A stretch of 64,000 bases of DNA from an uncultured virus (IMG/VR IMGVR_UViG_3300050821_006652) (IMGVR_UViG_3300050821_006652); one strand, 5' to 3'. Shown: positions 1 to 10,534, counted from the first letter of the stretch. Numbers and translations: made by a program. The notes: generated from the sequence alone by a model not told the origin.

Positions 1-61
1 TCGCCAACAAGCTGATCTCGCTCTACGGCCTCGGCTCGCTCCTGAAAGGCCAAGGTGTCGC

Positions 62-409
62 ATGAGGATAACACTACCGGGCCGTATCGTGGCATGGTTG
101 GAACGCCAGCGGCTCCCGAAAACCGTAGCGCAGGTCACGGCAGCGGTGGGCAAGCACATCACCGCCAGCCAAGCGCAGCGGGCTTGGGAACGACAGAAAC
201 GGCACCACGATCAGAAACGGCACCACGATCAGAAACGGCACCACGATCAGAAACGGCAGCCGTCAACGATCAAGCGCAAGAGCCTACCGCAACTGGCAGG
301 GCGGCGGCAGATAATCCGCGAAGCCCTCCAAAGGCTGGCTAAGGGCGGCTGGATCAAGCGGGAGGAATTCGGATTGTATGGTCCGATCAAACGCGCCGAA
401 GTGGCGTGA
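62..409 (+). CDS. hypothetical basic protein with (QKRHHD)x3 repeat, possible winged-HTH-like C-terminus
   Basis: ATGA overlap with the upstream partial gene; very basic 115-aa ORF. Confidence 0.55.
   Translation: MRITLPGRIVAWLERQRLPKTVAQVTAAVGKHITASQAQRAWERQKRHHDQKRHHDQKRHHDQKRQPSTIKRKSLPQLAGRRQIIREALQRLAKGGWIKREEFGLYGPIKRAEVA
194..258 (+). repeat. 18-bp tandem repeat CAGAAACGGCACCACGAT, ~3.6 copies, in frame
   Basis: read directly: 194-211, 212-229, 230-247, partial 248-258. Confidence 0.95.
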
Positions 410-419
410 AAGGTGCCAA

Positions 420-662
420 GTGAAACCACTCTACCCTAGCTTGTTGTCTGTCACGACCGCCGTGGAAGCCCTGGCAACGATGTCCGGCAACATCGGCGGA
501 TTGTGCGGCGAAACCGAGGAGCAAGCCGAGGCCATCGGCAAGCGATTCCTCCATGCCGCTTGCGTCAGCATCGGCAACACCCCGCGCTTGACCTGGCCAC
601 AACTACGCGGTACCGTTGCCGCTATCCTCAGAAGCATGGCCGAAGAACTGGAGAAACCATGA
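420..662 (+). CDS. hypothetical protein
   Basis: ORF packed between neighbours, ATGA overlap with the next gene; start uncertain. Confidence 0.45.
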   Translation: MKPLYPSLLSVTTAVEALATMSGNIGGLCGETEEQAEAIGKRFLHAACVSIGNTPRLTWPQLRGTVAAILRSMAEELEKP

Positions 663-967
663 AGCGAATAGAGATCCCCGAACTCGCCACCAAGATCGGT
701 ACGGTTAACAAGTGGCGCGACCTTGAAACCGACAAGCCACAGGACGGCCAGCGCGTGCTGTGCTACCACCCCGACCTAGGACGGTTTTCTGGGGGCAGAG
801 CCGACCTTTCGCCGGAAATTTGGATCGGCTACTACATCGCCGACCTCGACTGTGTGCGCCCAACAGGGTCACAGGGTTTCGTTGATGTTCGTTATTGGAT
901 GCCGCTGCCGGCCCCGCCCGCTCTCGGCAAGAGTGCAAAGAAGTATCTGAGAAAGAGGAAACCATGA
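659..967 (+). CDS. DUF551-like phage protein
   Basis: W..LETDKPQDGQRVL...VRYWMPLPAPP signature. Confidence 0.7.
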   Translation: MKRIEIPELATKIGTVNKWRDLETDKPQDGQRVLCYHPDLGRFSGGRADLSPEIWIGYYIADLDCVRPTGSQGFVDVRYWMPLPAPPALGKSAKKYLRKRKP

Positions 968-1170
968 TCCGCTATCCCGACGACACCACCCTGCCAGCAT
1001 GGGCCGAACTCCACGCTGGCGAGACCCATGCGTTCTGGTATCTCAAATACCGCATGTACGGCGCGGAAGTGCTGCCGTGTGGCCTTGTGTTTAGCGCCGA
1101 GTACCGGATGCGCGCCGTGGTCGATGCCCTGAACGCGGAGCCGCTTTTACTTTCTGCACAGGAGGAATAG
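964..1170 (+). CDS. hypothetical protein
   Basis: ATGA coupling, GAGG RBS. Confidence 0.55.
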   Translation: MIRYPDDTTLPAWAELHAGETHAFWYLKYRMYGAEVLPCGLVFSAEYRMRAVVDALNAEPLLLSAQEE

Positions 1171-1172
1171 CC

Positions 1173-2177
1173 GTGGCCACAACATCCATCGAATGGTGCG
1201 ATTTCACTTTCAACCCGTGGAGCGGCTGTTCCAAGGTTCACGCCGGCTGCGCAAACTGCTACGCGGAAGTCAACTACTCCGTGAAGATGCGCGGCGTGAA
1301 ATGGGGGCCGCAAGGCAACCGAATCCGCGCGTCCGAGGCTATGTGGCGCGAGCCGTTGAAGTGGAATCGGCAAGCCGAGAAAGCTGGCGAGCGGCGCAAG
1401 GTTTTCTGCGCCAGCTTGGCCGATGTTTTCGAGGATTGGGATGGGCCGATTCTGGATAGCGAACACAGGCAATTGTTTCGTGAATACTCAGGGGCCTATT
1501 GCTATAGCGTCGATCAGCCGCACGAACCGATGGAACATGCGCCTGGCGTCAAAGACTTCCCGGCAATCACGATGAACGATCTTCGCCGCGACCTCTTCGC
1601 CTTGATCGACCAGACGCCGAACCTGGACTGGCTTTTGCTCACGAAGCGGCCGGAAAATATCAGGTCAATGTGGCTTGGGTTATCGGGCCGTTCTAATGTT
1701 TGGCTTGGTTCTTCACCTTGCGATCAGAAAACTTTCGATGACTGCTTACCCGATCTGCTTGGTAAGCGTAATTTGTGCCGGTTCCTTTTCCTGTCCTTGG
1801 AGCCGTTGCTTGGCCCGATCATTCTCCCGAAAACCAAGGTGGTTGACTGGGTAATCGTCGGCGGCGAGAGCGGGCCAAAGGCGCGGCCATGCGACATCGA
1901 CTGGATACGCTCGATCCGCGACCAATGCCGCGCGGCTGGAGTGCCGTGTTTTGTCAAGCAGCTTGGCTCTTATGTTCTCTGGTCCGGTAGTCAAGGCGGC
2001 TATGGAGATGGGCCGAGTGATTGCTGGCCAAGAAATGAAAGCACGTCAGGAGCAGAAGAAACTTTCCAAGGCCGCACCCGTTTCAGAAAACGCCTCCTCG
2101 ACGACAAAGGAGGCAACCTGTTGGAAATGCCCGAAGATTTACGGGTCAGAGAATTTCCTAAGTCGAAGTCGCCTTGA
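1173..2177 (+). CDS. phage Gp37/Gp68 (DUF5131) family protein, radical-SAM-like
   Basis: TSIEWCDFTFNPWSGCSKVHAGCANCYA, LLLTKRPEN, SLEPLLG, DWVIVGGESG, FVKQLG motifs. Confidence 0.9.
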   Translation: MATTSIEWCDFTFNPWSGCSKVHAGCANCYAEVNYSVKMRGVKWGPQGNRIRASEAMWREPLKWNRQAEKAGERRKVFCASLADVFEDWDGPILDSEHRQLFREYSGAYCYSVDQPHEPMEHAPGVKDFPAITMNDLRRDLFALIDQTPNLDWLLLTKRPENIRSMWLGLSGRSNVWLGSSPCDQKTFDDCLPDLLGKRNLCRFLFLSLEPLLGPIILPKTKVVDWVIVGGESGPKARPCDIDWIRSIRDQCRAAGVPCFVKQLGSYVLWSGSQGGYGDGPSDCWPRNESTSGAEETFQGRTRFRKRLLDDKGGNLLEMPEDLRVREFPKSKSP

Positions 2178-2309
2178 CGATGCCGAGCCAATATGCGATA
2201 AAGTCCACAGACGCCTGACCGCGTTCCCGAACTATGAATCACCGCCAGCTTCCCCGGCATTTCTCCCGGTCAGGCGATCTTTCCGGGGGGCTGGCATGGA
2301 TATTGAGCC

Positions 2310-2492
2310 ATGCTTACGCCAAAAGAACAAGATGGAATTGTCGATGAGGTTTGTACTTGCGGTCATCTTAAATCTACGCACGGGCCATTTTTGTATCATG
2401 GCGTTCCCGTTGAAGAAGGTCACGGTGAATGTACGATCCGAGATTGCCCATGCAAACATTTCCGATTTAAGGACTTTCTGCATAGCAATTAA
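2310..2492 (+). CDS. small Cys/His-rich hypothetical protein
   Basis: CTCGH...H...C...CPC pattern. Confidence 0.5.
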   Translation: MLTPKEQDGIVDEVCTCGHLKSTHGPFLYHGVPVEEGHGECTIRDCPCKHFRFKDFLHSN

Positions 2493-2559
2493 TTATTCTG
2501 GCCACGGATAGCAAGACGTTTCTGGCCTCAAGGAGATCGGCTGATAGCCGATTACGAAG

Positions 2560-3399
2560 ATGAAAACCGAATTCATGCCCAGCCCACCCAAGAACTGGCG
2601 CGACCTTGAGCCGCATGAACTATCCAGCATCAGCGACTTTGGGGCCGGGATCGATCAAGACGCCGCCATCGCTTTCATGCGCATCAACGGCTACGACGAC
2701 AACGAACCGATCATCACCTTCGAGGGGAAAATCCTGGACGGACGGCACAAGAAATTTTGGGCTATCGAATCAGGCTGCACCCCGACATTCAAGCGGTTCG
2801 TCGGCACCTACGATGAAGCGAAGGCTCTCGTCTTGAAGAAAATCCACCGGCAACATCTCAATACCAGCCAGCGGGCTACCGTGGCGGCGAGGCTGGCGAA
2901 TTTGAAACGAGACACAACGGATAGCAAAATGGGGGGTAAATTTACCCCTAAATCGGAGAGTTCAAATATCTCCGATTTGACGCCACAAGAGGAAGCGGCG
3001 AAGATCATGAACGTCTCACCAAGCGCGGTCAAGCAAGCTGCCAAAGTGGAAGCGAATGGCGTTCCCGAACTTAAAGATGCCGTGGCGCAAGGCGACATTT
3101 CCGTATCCGATGCGGCCAAAGCAAGCGACGAACCTCCCAAGGTCCAGCAAGCCGCCGTCAAAGCGGTGAAAACCGGGAAAGCATCGACGGCGACCGCCGC
3201 CGTACACCAACGAAAAAAGAAAACAGGTTCCCCCACCTTCGATGACCGGCCAGCCGAAAAACTGATCGGCCAACTGACACGGTTCTTCGATGCCCGCGCC
3301 AACACCTACGGCAAAGGTCCAAAACATTCCAAGTGCATCGAGGCGATGGAAAAGGTATTGGCAGCCTGGCAACAGTGGCAAGCGGAGACAAACAAATGA
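2560..3399 (+). CDS. ParB-like N-terminal domain DNA-binding protein
   Basis: PIITFEGKILDGRH, HRQHLNTSQRA, HTH-like EEAAKIMNVSPSAVKQA. Confidence 0.7.
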   Translation: MKTEFMPSPPKNWRDLEPHELSSISDFGAGIDQDAAIAFMRINGYDDNEPIITFEGKILDGRHKKFWAIESGCTPTFKRFVGTYDEAKALVLKKIHRQHLNTSQRATVAARLANLKRDTTDSKMGGKFTPKSESSNISDLTPQEEAAKIMNVSPSAVKQAAKVEANGVPELKDAVAQGDISVSDAAKASDEPPKVQQAAVKAVKTGKASTATAAVHQRKKKTGSPTFDDRPAEKLIGQLTRFFDARANTYGKGPKHSKCIEAMEKVLAAWQQWQAETNK

Positions 3400-4919
3400 T
3401 TGCTTGGCCACACCAGCTTTTTGCCCTCCAAGAACTCCCCCGCCGCATACTGGCGGGAGAGCGTAAGATTCTCTTGACCTGCCCGACCGGGGGAGGGAAG
3501 TCGCTCATTATGTGCCTGTTGATCGAGTGGGCCGTTGCGCAGGGATGGAAAGTCATCCTCTACACCAACCGCCGCCTTTTGATCGACCAGCTCGCCCGCG
3601 TGCTGACGGAGCATGGGATAAAGTTCGGGATACGGGCCGCGAACCATGAGGACAACCGGGAATTGCCAGTACAGATTTCCTCTCTTCCCACCGAGCGCGC
3701 CCGCGTGCTGAAAACCGACAAATGGATGATCCACGGACGCGGGGAAAAGGTTCTCGCAATCATTGACGAGGCCCATCTCAACGGCTCAGACACGGCCCAA
3801 AAGATACTGGCCATGCACGCCGAGCATGAGGGAATCTACGTCGGCTTCACGGCTACCCCAATCGGCCTGGGGCACCTGTACGATTCCTTGCTTGTCGCCG
3901 GGACGGTATCCGAACTGAGGAAGTGCGGGGCACTCGTCAAGGCATACCACTACGGGCCGGACGAACCGGACATGAAGAACTTCAAGACGAACATGAAGAC
4001 CGGGGAATACTCGGAGAACGACGTTCGCAAGGCGATCATGACAAAGGTTATCTTCGCCCGCGTCTTGGAGTATTACGGCAAACTGAATCCAGACCAGCGG
4101 CCAAGCATCCTCTTTGGGCCTGGGGTAAAAGAATCAATCTGGTTCGCGGAGCAATTCACCAACTCAGGAATCCGCGCCGCCCACATCGACGGCGAAGGTA
4201 TCTGGCTCGATGGTGAATATCGACGCGGCGACCGGGAAGAAGTGTTTTCTGGTTTGAAGGCTGGGTCAATCAAGGTTCTCTGCAATCGGTTCGTCTTGCG
4301 TGAGGGCCTGGACCTGCCCTTTGTATCCCACCTGATTCTGGCGACAGTCATGGGTTCGCTGGGAACCTACATCCAATCCGCTGGCCGTGGCTTGAGGGCG
4401 TGCGCTGGAAAAGACGCCCTCGTGATTCAGGACCACGGGGGACACTGGCACCGCCACGGGTCCGTCAACATCGACCGTGAATGGACACTGGAATGCACGG
4501 CCAACATCCTCAAGGGGATCAGGGAAGAAAATTTCCGAGAGAAACTAGAGCAAGAACCCATCCGCTGCCCTCAATGCGGCATGATCCGCGCGGAAGGTCC
4601 GAAATGTCCGAAGTGCGGCCACGTTGCCTCTGTTCGTTCTCGCATGGTCATGCAGACCGATGGGACGTTGAAGGAACACAAGGGAGACATTTACAAGCCG
4701 CGAGTGGTGCGGATGAAGCCAAACACCTTGGAACTCTGGAAGAATCAGTATTACCGGGCCAAGAACTCGAAGAACAAGATGACATTCCGACAGGCAGAGG
4801 CTTTGTTCTTTCTCGACAATTACTACTATCCGCCGCACGATCTGCCTCTCATGCCTCAGAACAAGCTGGATTGGTTCCGATCCGTGGCGGATGTTCCAAA
4901 AGAAAGGTTAAACCAATGA
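3396..4919 (+). CDS. SF2 DEAD/DEAH-box helicase with C-terminal Zn ribbon
   Basis: PTGGGKS, IIDEAH, GFTATP, EGLDLP, QSAGRGLR, CPQC..CPKC. Confidence 0.92.
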   Translation: MIAWPHQLFALQELPRRILAGERKILLTCPTGGGKSLIMCLLIEWAVAQGWKVILYTNRRLLIDQLARVLTEHGIKFGIRAANHEDNRELPVQISSLPTERARVLKTDKWMIHGRGEKVLAIIDEAHLNGSDTAQKILAMHAEHEGIYVGFTATPIGLGHLYDSLLVAGTVSELRKCGALVKAYHYGPDEPDMKNFKTNMKTGEYSENDVRKAIMTKVIFARVLEYYGKLNPDQRPSILFGPGVKESIWFAEQFTNSGIRAAHIDGEGIWLDGEYRRGDREEVFSGLKAGSIKVLCNRFVLREGLDLPFVSHLILATVMGSLGTYIQSAGRGLRACAGKDALVIQDHGGHWHRHGSVNIDREWTLECTANILKGIREENFREKLEQEPIRCPQCGMIRAEGPKCPKCGHVASVRSRMVMQTDGTLKEHKGDIYKPRVVRMKPNTLELWKNQYYRAKNSKNKMTFRQAEALFFLDNYYYPPHDLPLMPQNKLDWFRSVADVPKERLNQ

Positions 4920-5293
4920 GTGCCGCGAAAGACCGCCAGTTTTTGTTGGAATACAACAGGAAAAATGTCCTTGATTATTACCGGCAAGCCAAGAACGACG
5001 GCATGGAAAAACCGGTTGTCTACGTTCTTGACCTAAATGACAGTCTAGGTCGGGAGATTGGTACTGCCGTTATTGGCAATGATTCCGTGGAAGAAATGGT
5101 CAAGCATTGCGGAGACAAATCTACTCCGACGGCTTTCGCTTGTTTGCCATTTACCAAAGCGATAATGGCTCTCCGTGGCCATGTTGCCACGGCGGATAAA
5201 TTGAGTGACGAAGCATATGATGCTAATTTCTTCTACGTCGTTTGCATCGGATTCGAGGGCACGGCCATCGCTTGCTGGCCTTCACCGGAGTAG
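4916..5293 (+). CDS. hypothetical protein
   Basis: ATGA overlap with the helicase stop. Confidence 0.6.
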   Translation: MSAAKDRQFLLEYNRKNVLDYYRQAKNDGMEKPVVYVLDLNDSLGREIGTAVIGNDSVEEMVKHCGDKSTPTAFACLPFTKAIMALRGHVATADKLSDEAYDANFFYVVCIGFEGTAIACWPSPE

Positions 5294-5296
5294 ACC

Positions 5297-5533
5297 GTGA
5301 CCCGTGAAGAGTTCGTGGACCGCTGGCGCTGGCATCTCGGCGGCATAGCCCTCGACGCCGTGGCCGCGCGGAACAACGATGAGCGGGCGTTCTTCCTACG
5401 GGCCGTCTTCGCCAAGATCGACAAGAACCTCGGAGCGATGTACGACGACCTGCAACCAGCACCGACACCCAAGCCAGCGGAGCCAGCGAAGAACGGACAA
5501 CCGGCAACGACCAGGACACCAGTGAAAGGATGA
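5297..5533 (+). CDS. hypothetical protein
   Basis: tight operon packing. Confidence 0.55.
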   Translation: MTREEFVDRWRWHLGGIALDAVAARNNDERAFFLRAVFAKIDKNLGAMYDDLQPAPTPKPAEPAKNGQPATTRTPVKG

Positions 5534-5537
5534 GCCA

Positions 5538-5744
5538 ATGGCCACAAAAGCTAAACCCAAGCCCCCAGCCCGCGACGGCGATGTATCGCTGCGGCAGACG
5601 GTGCAGGCCATGCGCGACGAAGCGCGGCAATGGCTGGACTTATCGCCGCTGAACGAACCGGGCCACGCTCTATCGGTTTCGGGCCGCGAGATGGTCCAGC
5701 GCCTCTACGAAGCAATGGACAGGGCCTTGAAAGGGAAACAATGA
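5538..5744 (+). CDS. hypothetical protein
   Basis: AAGGA RBS, operon packing. Confidence 0.55.
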   Translation: MATKAKPKPPARDGDVSLRQTVQAMRDEARQWLDLSPLNEPGHALSVSGREMVQRLYEAMDRALKGKQ

Positions 5745-6135
5745 ACGTCTTCCTCTGGCTCAACTTCCATATGGCCGCGCTGGTGGTGATGCACACGCTT
5801 GACGTTGTTTGCCCAGAGGCAATACCAAAGGACTGGCGGCGAGACGGCAAGCCGCTAGGAAGTTTACACCTGAAACGCTGGCCGTGGTGAAAACGAAACT
5901 CAGAATGATTTTCGCCGCGCTCGTCTTAGTGGTCAAGGATGCCGGGTGCCTTGAGGTGCCTCGACCGGATAAAGTTAGGATACTTAGCCGAGCGCTGCCA
6001 TTTAACGCGAAAGGAGTCGCATATGCCAAACAAGACCCAGGCAATCGCCACCCCACGGAGCCGGGGACCGCCTAAAAGAGAAGGGGTCGGCTGGCCCCGC
6101 AACAGGAACGACAATCTAACCCACGGAGTATAGCG

Positions 6136-7512
6136 GTGACGTACCAGGATTTTTTACAGCGGAAAAGTCAACTTGGAGGCAATGCCGGGTTTGAACCGCT
6201 GTGGATGCCAAGTTTTCTCGACTTCGGGGAAGGCGATGGGTTTCAGCATCATCTCGTTGACTGGTCCTTGAGAAAAGGCCGGGCGGCGATTCTGGCCGAC
6301 TGTGGGCTGGGAAAGACCCCGATGTTTCTCACCTTTGCGGAGAACGTCATTCGCAAGACGAACAAACCATTTCTCGTCACCACGCCGATTGCGGTGGGTG
6401 CCCAGACGATCAAGGAAGCGGCCAAGTTCGGCATCGAGGCCAAGCGGACCCGCGACGGCAAGATGACCGATGAAAAGTGCGTATGGGTCACGAATTACGA
6501 ACAGCTTCACAAATATGATCCCGACGACTTCGGAGGCATGGCCGCTGACGAATCTTCCGCGATCAAGGATGCCAAGACGGAAACGAAAGCCGCCGTGGTG
6601 GAGTTCATGCGGCGTTTACCCTACCGACTTCTCTGCACGGCCACAGCCGCGCCGAATGATTTTTGGGAACTCGGCACGTCCTCCGAGGCTCTTGGGTATC
6701 TCGGTTTCAGGGACATGATAACCACGTTCTTCAAACAAGAGACTTCCAAGGACCATCTTGGTTGGGGCCGGACAAAGTATCGTTTTCGCGGCCACGCCGA
6801 AGAGCCATTTTGGGCCTGGATCTGTTCGTGGGCAAGGTCACTCCGCAAGCCTTCGGACCTGGGATTCGATGACTCACGATTTGTCCTCCCTGAGTTGCGT
6901 GAGAAAGTCTATGTGGTCAAGACGGCACAGCCGAGACCGGGAATGTTGTTCTCCATGCCGGCAACCGACATGCGAGAGGAGCGGGCGGAGCGGCGGCACA
7001 GCATCAAAGAGCGGTGCGAGAAAGCCGTGGAACTGGCCTGTGCCAAACCCGGTCCAGCGGTCCTCTGGTGCGAACTGAACGATGAAGGCGACATGCTGGA
7101 AGATATGCTGGACGATTGCGTGCAGGTGAGCGGGTCGATGAGCGATGACGCCAAGGAAGAGGCTTTGACGGCGTTCTCTGCCGGACAGGTTAAGCGGATG
7201 GTCATTAAGCCGAAGATCGGGGCATGGGGCTTGAATTGGGAATTCTGTTCCAACGTCATCGCCTTTATCACTCACTCGTTCGAGCGATACTATCAGCTGG
7301 TCAGGCGGTGTTGGAGGTACGGGCAGAAAAACCCCGTTGACGTTTCCTTGATCGCTTGCGAGGGGGAAGAGGGCATTTGCAAGAATCTCGACCGCAAGCA
7401 GCGGCAATCGTCAACGATGTTCGATAGCATCGTGCGGCACATGCGGGACAGTATGCACCTTGAGTCACAGGACTTTTTCCCGGAACAGGAGGTCTGTCCA
7501 TCATGGCTGTAA
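6136..7512 (+). CDS. SNF2-related phage helicase
   Basis: ADCGLGKT, TNYEQL, ADESS, CTATAAPND, WGLNW, QLVRRCWRYGQ. Confidence 0.9.
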   Translation: MTYQDFLQRKSQLGGNAGFEPLWMPSFLDFGEGDGFQHHLVDWSLRKGRAAILADCGLGKTPMFLTFAENVIRKTNKPFLVTTPIAVGAQTIKEAAKFGIEAKRTRDGKMTDEKCVWVTNYEQLHKYDPDDFGGMAADESSAIKDAKTETKAAVVEFMRRLPYRLLCTATAAPNDFWELGTSSEALGYLGFRDMITTFFKQETSKDHLGWGRTKYRFRGHAEEPFWAWICSWARSLRKPSDLGFDDSRFVLPELREKVYVVKTAQPRPGMLFSMPATDMREERAERRHSIKERCEKAVELACAKPGPAVLWCELNDEGDMLEDMLDDCVQVSGSMSDDAKEEALTAFSAGQVKRMVIKPKIGAWGLNWEFCSNVIAFITHSFERYYQLVRRCWRYGQKNPVDVSLIACEGEEGICKNLDRKQRQSSTMFDSIVRHMRDSMHLESQDFFPEQEVCPSWL

Positions 7513-8555
7513 TCGACCAAGTAATCACCGAACGCTATGCCCTGTACAACGGCGATTCCGCCGAGGTTCTTGTAACCATTCCCGATGAGTCGGTGGGATT
7601 GGTCGTGTACTCGCCGCCGTTCGCCGTCGATTCGGATTCTGGCGGCGGCGGGTGTCTGTTCAACTACTCTTCCTCTGTCCGCGACCTGTCCAACGCGCGG
7701 ACCTACAAGGAGTTCTTTGAACATTACGCCTTCATCGTGAAGCAGACCGCTCGCATCCTCAAGCCAGGACGTATAGCCGCCGTGCATTGCATGGACGTGC
7801 CAAAGGCCGGGGCCAACATCTGCGGGTACTCAGACTTCCCTGGCGACATTATCAAGTTGCACGAAAAACTCAGCTTCGAGTACACTCCGCGAATCTGTAT
7901 CTGGAAAGAGCCGTTGGCAGTGCGAAACCGGACGATGGCCAAGGCCCTTGCCCATCGGCAGATCGTTGAAGATTCCACGCTGACCAACATCGCGGCGGCG
8001 GACTACCTCATCCCCTTCCGCAAGAAGGGCAAGAATCCCGAACCTGTTGAACATCCGATTGGCTTGCTCGAATACGCGGGGGCCAGAGAGATTCCCCAAG
8101 AGTTGAAAAAGTACCGGGCCTGGAAAGGCAAGCAGACAGAAAACCGATTCTCGCATTGGATATGGCGGCAGTATGCTTCCTGTTTTTGGGATGACATTCG
8201 CGGCAATCAAGGAGACGAAAGCCGGGCCGAGACGATGCGAGAAAAGGGAGTCCTGCCCTACGAAGAGAGCAAGGATGACAAAGACGAACGGCACCAGCAC
8301 CCCTTGCAACTTGACGTAATCGAGCGGGCTATCGTTCTGTGGAGCAACAAGGACGATGTTATTGCCGATCCTTTCGCCGGGGTCGGCAGCACGCCTTACG
8401 CCGCCGTGGTCAACGGGAGGCGCGGCCTTGGGTGCGAGTTGAAGCCGTCTTTTTACCGGCAGGCCGTCAAGAATCTTGCGAGTGCTTTGGCCAACCAAAA
8501 GCCAGAGCAAGAAACCTTGTTCAATGCCCTTGAACTTGCGGAGGCCACGGAATGA
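7503..8555 (+). CDS. DNA methyltransferase (N4/N6 amino-MTase, beta-type motif order)
   Basis: catalytic YSPPF near the N-terminus, SAM-binding DPFAGVGS near the C-terminus, HPLQLD; coupled to the SNF2 helicase. Confidence 0.9.
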   Translation: MAVIDQVITERYALYNGDSAEVLVTIPDESVGLVVYSPPFAVDSDSGGGGCLFNYSSSVRDLSNARTYKEFFEHYAFIVKQTARILKPGRIAAVHCMDVPKAGANICGYSDFPGDIIKLHEKLSFEYTPRICIWKEPLAVRNRTMAKALAHRQIVEDSTLTNIAAADYLIPFRKKGKNPEPVEHPIGLLEYAGAREIPQELKKYRAWKGKQTENRFSHWIWRQYASCFWDDIRGNQGDESRAETMREKGVLPYEESKDDKDERHQHPLQLDVIERAIVLWSNKDDVIADPFAGVGSTPYAAVVNGRRGLGCELKPSFYRQAVKNLASALANQKPEQETLFNALELAEATE

Positions 8556-8830
8556 CCAAGGAAGAGGCCCGCTTGCACGCCTTCATCCTTCGCTTGTCCG
8601 ATCACCTGTACCTTGCTGCCGACGTGCTTTCACACTTAGCCGAAAAAAGGAGAACCCCAATGCCGAAGCCCGAACCTCAGACCGCAGGCACCATCGTCAA
8701 AGACCAAGAAATTGCCGCGCTCAGCAAGATCGGCAAGCTCTTGGCCGACCTGGACGCGGACCAGCGCGAGCGAGTGCTAAGCTGGATCGGCAGGAAGTAT
8801 GCCAAGCCCGAAGCGGAGGCCACGCATTGA
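8552..8830 (+). CDS. hypothetical protein (alternative internal start at 8660)
   Basis: ATGA overlap; second AGGAG+ATG inside. Confidence 0.5.
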   Translation: MTKEEARLHAFILRLSDHLYLAADVLSHLAEKRRTPMPKPEPQTAGTIVKDQEIAALSKIGKLLADLDADQRERVLSWIGRKYAKPEAEATH

Positions 8831-9044
8831 CCGGCATACTCGTCGATGATCCTGGGTGGAACGGCAAAGTGCTGGACTTCGATTGGAACGCTTACTATGC
8901 CATCGGCAGGACGCCCACACAATCACCATCACCGGAAGAGCAAGCCGCCGCATACAAGGCGCTCAACAAAAGGAACGACGACACCGAGGCCACGAAGCAG
9001 CGGCGTGAAGCCCACATACAGGAACTACTGAGGAGGCGCGGACG

Positions 9045-9422
9045 GTGAAGATCCCCAATCCAGACCTCTTGGCCGAGATACGAGCCACGCAACGGTGCGA
9101 ATGGTGTGGCAGGCGCGGCCCGGTCGATGTGGAGCACACCTACGCCCGTGGCCTAGGTGATGCGCGGCGGATCGACAGCAGGCTGGTGTGCATGGCTCTA
9201 TGCCGAGAACACCACTCCATAGCCGGGAGTGGCCACGGAGAGCCTTCCAAGGCCCAGCTAAAGGCCCTGATAGCCAAGCGCGAAGGGGTGAGCGAGGAGG
9301 CGATTAGGGAATGGGTCCAGACCGTCAACCGAACGCCTAAAGAAGGCCCGGCACCGCCAGAACCGAGACGGGTGCCCGTCGAATACGCCCTGGATTGCAC
9401 GAAGCGGGAGGTTTCTTTCTGA
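9045..9422 (+). CDS. HNH-like Zn-binding nuclease family protein
   Basis: CEWCG...EH...ALCREHH pattern. Confidence 0.6.
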   Translation: MKIPNPDLLAEIRATQRCEWCGRRGPVDVEHTYARGLGDARRIDSRLVCMALCREHHSIAGSGHGEPSKAQLKALIAKREGVSEEAIREWVQTVNRTPKEGPAPPEPRRVPVEYALDCTKREVSF

Positions 9423-9931
9423 TGAGCTTCAAACTCGAATCCCTGCCGCTGGCCGTGCAGCAGAAAATCCGCGCGGAACTTGACCGGCAACAGCCCGCCG
9501 TGCCAGCCGCGAAGGAGAAGCCCCTGATCGACCCAGGTGGCTACCAGACCGCTCCGAGCGAAGGGAACCGCCTCACGCTCTACATCCCCGTTCGCACAGC
9601 CTCAGAGGTCAACGGACGCGATTGGCGGGCCAGGTCCAGGCGCAGCAACGCGAGCTGGCGGGCGGTGTCGAAGGTGTGCGGGCCGCTGCTCTGGCTCTTG
9701 CACCCCTACGCCACGGCCTACCACGAAGGGAAGGCGCTGAAGATCGTATTTACGCGGCTGGGGGGACACAAGATGGACCGGAGCAACCTACCCAGCGCTT
9801 GCAAGGGGGTTGAGGATGCCTTGGCCTTTATCGCCGGGGCAGATGACGGTGATGCGAAGTGGTCCGCGAGGTTTGAGCAAGAGCCGGATGCCGAACGGGT
9901 CGGGGTCCGGATTGAGATTGAAATTCTGTGA
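9422..9931 (+). CDS. RusA-like Holliday junction resolvase
   Basis: MDRSNL...KGVEDAL...ADD...VRIEI acidic motif pattern. Confidence 0.65.
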   Translation: MSFKLESLPLAVQQKIRAELDRQQPAVPAAKEKPLIDPGGYQTAPSEGNRLTLYIPVRTASEVNGRDWRARSRRSNASWRAVSKVCGPLLWLLHPYATAYHEGKALKIVFTRLGGHKMDRSNLPSACKGVEDALAFIAGADDGDAKWSARFEQEPDAERVGVRIEIEIL

Positions 9932-9938
9932 GGCTGAA

Positions 9939-10295
9939 ATGACCGAATGCGCTCTTCCTGATTTTTACGATATGGCCGAGCCGGTAGCCCGCAAAAGCCA
10001 TCGCTGTTGCGAGTGTTCCGCGCCGATCCTGAAAGGCGAGAAGCACTTCCACGGCTGGGGTAAGTGGGAAGGCGTCATAAGCAGTTATCGCCAGCACTTG
10101 GCTTGCATGGAAGCGTGCATGTTGATCCGCGATAAATTCAACGGCGGAGAATGCATTGGGTTCGGGGATTTGAAAGAGGCGTTTTCGGAATTCCGTCCTG
10201 AGATGCGAGGGGATCAAAAACGCAAAGAGCCGTGGAAACAACTGCGCGACTTAATAGCCAGAATCTTGTGGCGCGAGCGTGGAGGGAAACCATGA
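9939..10295 (+). CDS. hypothetical Zn-finger phage protein
   Basis: ARKSHRCCECSAPILKGE...H..C. Confidence 0.6.
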   Translation: MTECALPDFYDMAEPVARKSHRCCECSAPILKGEKHFHGWGKWEGVISSYRQHLACMEACMLIRDKFNGGECIGFGDLKEAFSEFRPEMRGDQKRKEPWKQLRDLIARILWRERGGKP

Positions 10296-10534
10296 AACTC
10301 CGCATCGCCAAAAAGATTCTGAACTGCGTCGGCACGGGCCGCATAGATTGCTACACGCGCGGACAGGTCACGGCCGCGCTTGCCCGCGATGCGAAAACGG
10401 CATCATCGAAGGCGGCAGATCAATGCTGGCACGGATTGATGCGACACCTTGGCGCGGAAGGTCGGGCGGATTTGTTTGTCGGCTGGGGAATGCCCGCTAC
10501 CGCTTTGCGGATTCTTGTGGAGCAAACGCCATGA
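10292..10534 (+). CDS. hypothetical protein
   Basis: ATGA coupling. Confidence 0.55.
   Translation: MKLRIAKKILNCVGTGRIDCYTRGQVTAALARDAKTASSKAADQCWHGLMRHLGAEGRADLFVGWGMPATALRILVEQTP

Noticed and set aside
194..258. CRISPR-like repeat array
   Set aside because: Repeats are contiguous 18-mers without spacers, in frame within a CDS; no cas genes
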